From NCBI GenBank assembly GCA_005222965.1, contig NJBG01000001.1, forward strand, positions 896,167-960,166: a stretch of DNA of 64,000 nucleotides, given 5' to 3'. Below are positions 57,654 through 64,000 of this stretch, in pieces. This stretch comes from Candidatus Woesearchaeota archaeon B3_Woes. Lineage in GTDB: Archaea; Nanobdellota; Nanobdellia; Woesearchaeales; B3-WOES. The notes beneath the pieces were generated by a model. That model saw nothing but the letters and a program-made list of their open reading frames with translations. It made no database searches and was not told the origin of the DNA. Position numbers and translations under genes: made by a program. How positions within the stretch are numbered: position 1 is the stretch's first letter; every line of letters starts with the position of its first letter.

Positions 57654-58130
57654 ATGGCAAATATTAGAGTAACTAAAGATGATATTGAAGCATTGGAAGA
57701 TAAAGCAGAGTTAGCATATGAAGTTCTTAAACTTGCAGTAAATGATCCAAGACCTTGGAAATATTCTTCTGCTAAATGTCTTTATGAGAATGACCTTGGA
57801 AATTGTCTTTCAAATTTAGTTAGACCCACAAGGCATGTTGAGTTGCTAAATAAAGGCGGTAAACGAAGTGAAAAAATTGAAAAATTTATTCTACAATATG
57901 TCCTCATGATTTGTACATCATCAGCAAAAGAGGGTGGTTATAAAATAGAAATTACTGAAAATGTTGATGATGGTATGGGCGGTTTAAAAGCCTATATTGA
58001 TGCTGAGGATGATTTAAGTTCTGGAGAGGGCGAAGTTTACAGATTAATTTCTCATAAAGCTTTTGAATTAAGAGATTCAGGAAAACATGCATTAATATTG
58101 AAAGCTATTGAATATGTAAGAGATAAATAA
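57654..58130 (+). CDS. hypothetical protein
   Basis: ORF from MANIRVT after TTTATA box. Confidence 0.6.
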   Translation: MANIRVTKDDIEALEDKAELAYEVLKLAVNDPRPWKYSSAKCLYENDLGNCLSNLVRPTRHVELLNKGGKRSEKIEKFILQYVLMICTSSAKEGGYKIEITENVDDGMGGLKAYIDAEDDLSSGEGEVYRLISHKAFELRDSGKHALILKAIEYVRDK

Positions 58131-58200
58131 TTCTCCTGATAAAACAATTTTGCTTTGCAAATAGAAAATATTTTTAAACTAAACCTTTATCTTTATTCTT

Positions 58201-58878
58201 ATGCAAAGAGTTCAAAAATTACTCAGTAACTATGGGTATTGTAGTAGACGAAAAGCTGAAGAATTAATTATAGCTGGAAAAGTAAAAGTAAATAATAAAA
58301 CAATAACAATTGGAGACAAAGCATCAGAAGAGGATAAGATTTCAGTTGATGGAAAAACAGTAAATAAAGAAAAAAAAGTATATTTAATGTTGAATAAACC
58401 AGTAAAATGCGTAACAGCACTTAATGACCCTAACCATACTACTGTTATGAAATATATTAATGTCAAAGAAAGAGTTTTTCCAATTGGAAGATTGGATTTT
58501 TATACTTCTGGATTATTACTTTTAACTAACGATGGAGATTTTGCAAATAATATTATGCATCCACGATATGAAATAAAAAAAACATATCAGGTTGAACTAG
58601 ACAAACCAATAACTAAAGATTCTCTAATTGAAATTGAGAAAGGAATAGACTTAGAAGATGGAAAAACTTCACCTGCAAAAGTAAAAAAAATAAAAGATAA
58701 TATTGTTGAAATTACAATTCATGAAGGAAGAAACAGAATCATTAGAAGAATGGTTAAAAAATTAGGATATAGTGTTAAATCTTTAGAAAGAATAAAAATT
58801 GGGAATTTAAGTCTAGGAACTCTAGACCAAGGAGAATATAGAGAATTAACAAAACAAGAAAAAAATATTTCGTTCTAG
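58201..58878 (+). CDS. RsuA/RluB-family rRNA pseudouridine synthase with S4 domain
   Basis: SRRKAEELI, LNKP, GRLDFYTSGLLLLTNDG, EGRNRIIRRM. Confidence 0.92.
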   Translation: MQRVQKLLSNYGYCSRRKAEELIIAGKVKVNNKTITIGDKASEEDKISVDGKTVNKEKKVYLMLNKPVKCVTALNDPNHTTVMKYINVKERVFPIGRLDFYTSGLLLLTNDGDFANNIMHPRYEIKKTYQVELDKPITKDSLIEIEKGIDLEDGKTSPAKVKKIKDNIVEITIHEGRNRIIRRMVKKLGYSVKSLERIKIGNLSLGTLDQGEYRELTKQEKNISF

Positions 58879-58906
58879 TTTGTGAAGAACAAACCACTTT
58901 AGAAAT

Positions 58907-60619
58907 CTAATGCCCTTCATGTTTAGGATGTTCATGTCCTCTCTTTTTCTTAGTTCTTAAATTTTCAATATGAGCAACTTTTTCTTTTAGAAATTTATTA
59001 AAACCTAGTCCATACTTTTCAATCAATGTAGAGGCATGACTTCCTCCTAAAAAGTGAGGCATAATTACATAAGTAGCACCTTTATCATATAATTCTAAAG
59101 CCTCATCAATCTGATGAGAAACAACAATTATAATCGCTTTTTTATTAGACTCTCTAATTTTATTAATTAATAAAAGATTTGTATCAAAGTCAGGTATTGT
59201 TGAATATATCATCTTAGCTTTTGAAAAACTCAATTCATTTAATAATTCTGGATCGCTGGCATCACCATATCTGCAATCAATTTTTTCTTTTGCAAGACCC
59301 CTTATTGTTTCTGGGTTATAGTCAATAACCAAAAATTTCTTTTTTATCTTTTTAAAAGATTCTATTAAATCATAACCAATCCGATTGCATCCAAAAAGAA
59401 TAATATCATAGAGGTCACGCTCGTGGTATTTATGTTCATCTACTTTACTTCCTCTTTTTTCAAAAATCTTCAAATATTTTGACAGATAGGGATATATCTT
59501 GTTTGCATAAATTATCATATAACTAGAACCCGCAATAGTTATTAAACCAATGACTGTTACTAATGACAAAATTTCATTTGTTAGATGACCTACTTGAACT
59601 CCTAATGCAACAAGGATTAAAGAGAATTCGCTGATTTGAGCCACAGTTAATCCAGCTAAGAAACTATTCCTTCTTGTATACCCAAGTAACCCCATTAATG
59701 TCATTACTATTATAGGATTTCCAATCAATATGAATATTGAAAGTGCGAGTATAGCAGGAATATACTGATGCATACTTGTAAAAACCATTTGAGAACCCAA
59801 TAATATAAAAAACAGAACAATAAAAAAATCACGTAAAGGTCGCATTCTAGAGCTAATTTCATAGCGATAAGGAGATAAAGATAATGTAACTCCTGCTAAT
59901 AAAGCCCCAATTTCCATTGAAAAATTAAAGTAATGAAAAAGAGAAGCTAATGCCAAACACCAACTAATTGAAAATAATAATAATAATTCTTGGGATTTCG
60001 CAAATAATTTGGTTACTTTTGGCAATATATAAACACCAACTAAAAATAATATTAATAACAAGCCAAATCCTTTCAAAATTATTTCAAAAATTAAAGTAGT
60101 GAAATCAAATCCAGTAGAAATTGACGAAATAACCATCAAAATGAGCATTACAATTAAGTCTTGAACAATTAAAAAACCTATAGCAATTTTCCCATATAAT
60201 GTCCCAATATCATCTTTGTCTGATAAAAGCTTCATAATAATTATAGTGCTACTGAATGCTAAAGCAATAGCAACATATATTGACGTTGTCGTAGAGAAAC
60301 CAAACAATTTACATATAAAAAAACCAATTAAGGAAGTGAATATAACTTGGCCAATTCCAGTAACTGAAGAAACCTTACCTACTTCTTTTATGACCTTAGG
60401 ACTTAAATTTAAACCAACAATAAAAAGAAGTAAAGCTATGCCCATACGTGAGAATATATCTATAGTTTCAGTTGAACTAATAATATTAAGAAAATAAGGT
60501 CCTGCTACTATACCGCTAAGAATATAGCCCACTATTAAAGGTTGTCTTAACAACCTCATCACCCCTGCAATTAGAGTAGTTATTATAATGATTATTCCTA
60601 TTTCAATTAATATTTCCAT
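58907..60619 (-). CDS. CPA2/Kef-type cation:proton antiporter with a TrkA-N domain
   Basis: QPLIVGYI, LLFIVGL, SSTII, IVQD, QISEFS; GCNRIG...YGDA. Confidence 0.9.
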   Translation of the reverse strand: MEILIEIGIIIIITTLIAGVMRLLRQPLIVGYILSGIVAGPYFLNIISSTETIDIFSRMGIALLLFIVGLNLSPKVIKEVGKVSSVTGIGQVIFTSLIGFFICKLFGFSTTTSIYVAIALAFSSTIIIMKLLSDKDDIGTLYGKIAIGFLIVQDLIVMLILMVISSISTGFDFTTLIFEIILKGFGLLLILFLVGVYILPKVTKLFAKSQELLLLFSISWCLALASLFHYFNFSMEIGALLAGVTLSLSPYRYEISSRMRPLRDFFIVLFFILLGSQMVFTSMHQYIPAILALSIFILIGNPIIVMTLMGLLGYTRRNSFLAGLTVAQISEFSLILVALGVQVGHLTNEILSLVTVIGLITIAGSSYMIIYANKIYPYLSKYLKIFEKRGSKVDEHKYHERDLYDIILFGCNRIGYDLIESFKKIKKKFLVIDYNPETIRGLAKEKIDCRYGDASDPELLNELSFSKAKMIYSTIPDFDTNLLLINKIRESNKKAIIIVVSHQIDEALELYDKGATYVIMPHFLGGSHASTLIEKYGLGFNKFLKEKVAHIENLRTKKKRGHEHPKHEGH

Positions 60620-60891
60620 CTTTTAACTTTTATTTATTCAATAAGCTTATCAAAAATTAAGTAATAATTAGAATTCATATTATTTAAATGTTTTCATGTC
60701 TCACACATAATTTATTAAAATGGTTCCTTAGATTATTTTTCCATGTAATCCAGACGACACCAAAACCCCCAAAACAGCAGATACAGGCCTTCTACCTCTT
60801 GTTTTCAACCAAAAGCTTTATAAAGAATGCAACACTATTTTATACTATAATCTTACTAATTTTATACTCAAAAATTAGCCAAATTAGATAA

Positions 60892-62799
<1,908 letters not shown>

Positions 62800-62855
62800 T
62801 TTCCTCGCCAATTCCGAAACCTTTTTAAATACCCCACTTATCCAAAACATATCAA

Positions 62856-63596
62856 ATGGCAGACGTAAAATCAAAAAAGAAAAAATTTGTGCAGATAATA
62901 GCACCTAGACAATTTCATGAACAAGTCATAGGAGAAAGTTTAGTGGCTGATCCTAGATTACTTCTTGGAAGAAAAATAAAAGTAAATATGATGAGTCTAA
63001 CAGACAATCCAAAAAATCAAAACATTCAGATCAAATTCCACATTAATAATCTAAAAGGAGAAAATGTTTCAGCTGAAATAATTGGTTTTACTCTTTTACC
63101 AGCTTTTGTAAAAAGACTTGTTAGAAAAGATAAAAAAAGAGTTGATGATTGCTTTAAAGCACAAACAAGCGACAATAAAAAACTTACATTAAAAACTTTC
63201 TTATTAACACTAAACAAAACATCTAAATCTGTTTTAAAAGCATTAAGAAAACAGACACAAGAAACTCTAAAAGATAAAGTTAGTAAAATCTCTTATGATG
63301 AATTACTTAAGGAACTTTTCTCACATCAATTACAAAACGAAACAAGAAAAAAATTAGGAAAAGTATATCCTTTAAGACAATGTGAAATAAGAGATTTACA
63401 AGTTATTTCTGAGAAAAAACATGATGATGAAGAACAAGTCAAAGTAGAAAAACCAGCTCAGAAACAAGAAGAAAAAACTCCTAAAAAAGAAGAAAAGCCA
63501 AAGGAAGAAACAAAAGCAGAGAAAAAAGAAGCAAAACCTGAAGAAAAGCCTAAAGAAAAACCAAAAGAGGAAAAAAATGCCAAAACCGACAATTGA
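62856..63596 (+). CDS. rps3ae: 30S ribosomal protein eS1 (S3Ae) with a Lys/Glu-rich tail
   Basis: KKKFVQIIAP..F, LLGR, VKRLVR, KVYPL..CEIR. Confidence 0.8.
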   Translation: MADVKSKKKKFVQIIAPRQFHEQVIGESLVADPRLLLGRKIKVNMMSLTDNPKNQNIQIKFHINNLKGENVSAEIIGFTLLPAFVKRLVRKDKKRVDDCFKAQTSDNKKLTLKTFLLTLNKTSKSVLKALRKQTQETLKDKVSKISYDELLKELFSHQLQNETRKKLGKVYPLRQCEIRDLQVISEKKHDDEEQVKVEKPAQKQEEKTPKKEEKPKEETKAEKKEAKPEEKPKEKPKEEKNAKTDN

Positions 63597-63759
63597 TTAT
63601 AAAAAATGCACAAACTGCGGAACATGCATAGAAGTTTGTCCTGTAGATGTTTATGAAAAAAAAGGCGATAAAACAGTTGTAGCAAAACCAGATGATTGTA
63701 TTGGTTGTAAAGCCTGTGAAGTTCAGTGCCCTGAAAAAGCAATCACTGTTGAAGATTAA
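63577..63759 (+). CDS. 2[4Fe-4S] ferredoxin
   Basis: CTNCGTCIEVCP and CIGCKACEVQCP. Confidence 0.93.
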   Translation: MPKPTIDYKKCTNCGTCIEVCPVDVYEKKGDKTVVAKPDDCIGCKACEVQCPEKAITVED

Positions 63760-63807
63760 TTCTTTCTAAATCTTTATAAATAAGATATATTTATTTGACA
63801 CTACTCC

Positions 63808-63880
63808 AGTCCCTTAGTGTAGTGGTCAAGCATAAATGGTTCTGGGCCATTTGACGGCAGTTCAAATCTGCCAGGGACTA
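63808..63880 (+). tRNA. tRNA-Gln(CTG)
   Basis: AGTCCCT/AGGGACT; AATGG-TT CTG GG-CCATT; GTTCAAATC. Confidence 0.9.
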
Positions 63881-63912
63881 TATTTATAAACTCTTAAAAC
63901 AATATAAACAAT

Positions 63913-64000
63913 ATGAAACTAATAGCGCAGGGAGCAGAAGCAAAATTATATCAGGATAAATCTAATCTAATTAAAGACAGGATTAAAAAGAGTTATAGAA
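63913..64000 (+). CDS. partial KEOPS kinase Bud32
   Basis: MKLIAQGAEAKLY...IKDRIKKSYR. Confidence 0.8.
   Translation, partial: MKLIAQGAEAKLYQDKSNLIKDRIKKSYR

Noticed and set aside
60688..60891. 67-aa ORF upstream of gyrB
   Set aside because: No motif or RBS; spans the divergent promoter region

Overview
AT-rich, gene-dense archaeal chromosome segment, most consistent with a DPANN lineage such as Woesearchaeota (inferred from eS17, eS1/S3Ae, Alba, prefoldin alpha, ScpA, FtsY, EndoQ, Bud32, form III RuBisCO and intron-containing tRNAs, alongside bacterial-type GyrB, MetK, an RsuA-family synthase and a long RelA/SpoT). It has about 60 CDS, four tRNAs (Arg-TCG, Ile-TAT with three introns, Glu-TTC with one intron, Gln-CTG) and a MoxR/vWA/DUF58 cluster interleaved with Cys-rich surface proteins. 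No CRISPR array, rRNA, transposase or integrase was seen. The main unexplained signal is a family of dispersed palindromic end sites with attC- or dif-like half-sites. They enclose single accessory genes inside a long imperfect hairpin at 4467-5827 and 9231-9958, with partial copies at 32184-33212 and ~57528 and an apparently collapsed copy at 6654-6695. Two integrase-free islands are flanked by direct repeats (24 bp around a proC-like gene; 78 bp duplicating the relA/spoT 3' end). All calls come from reading motifs by eye; no database searches were run.
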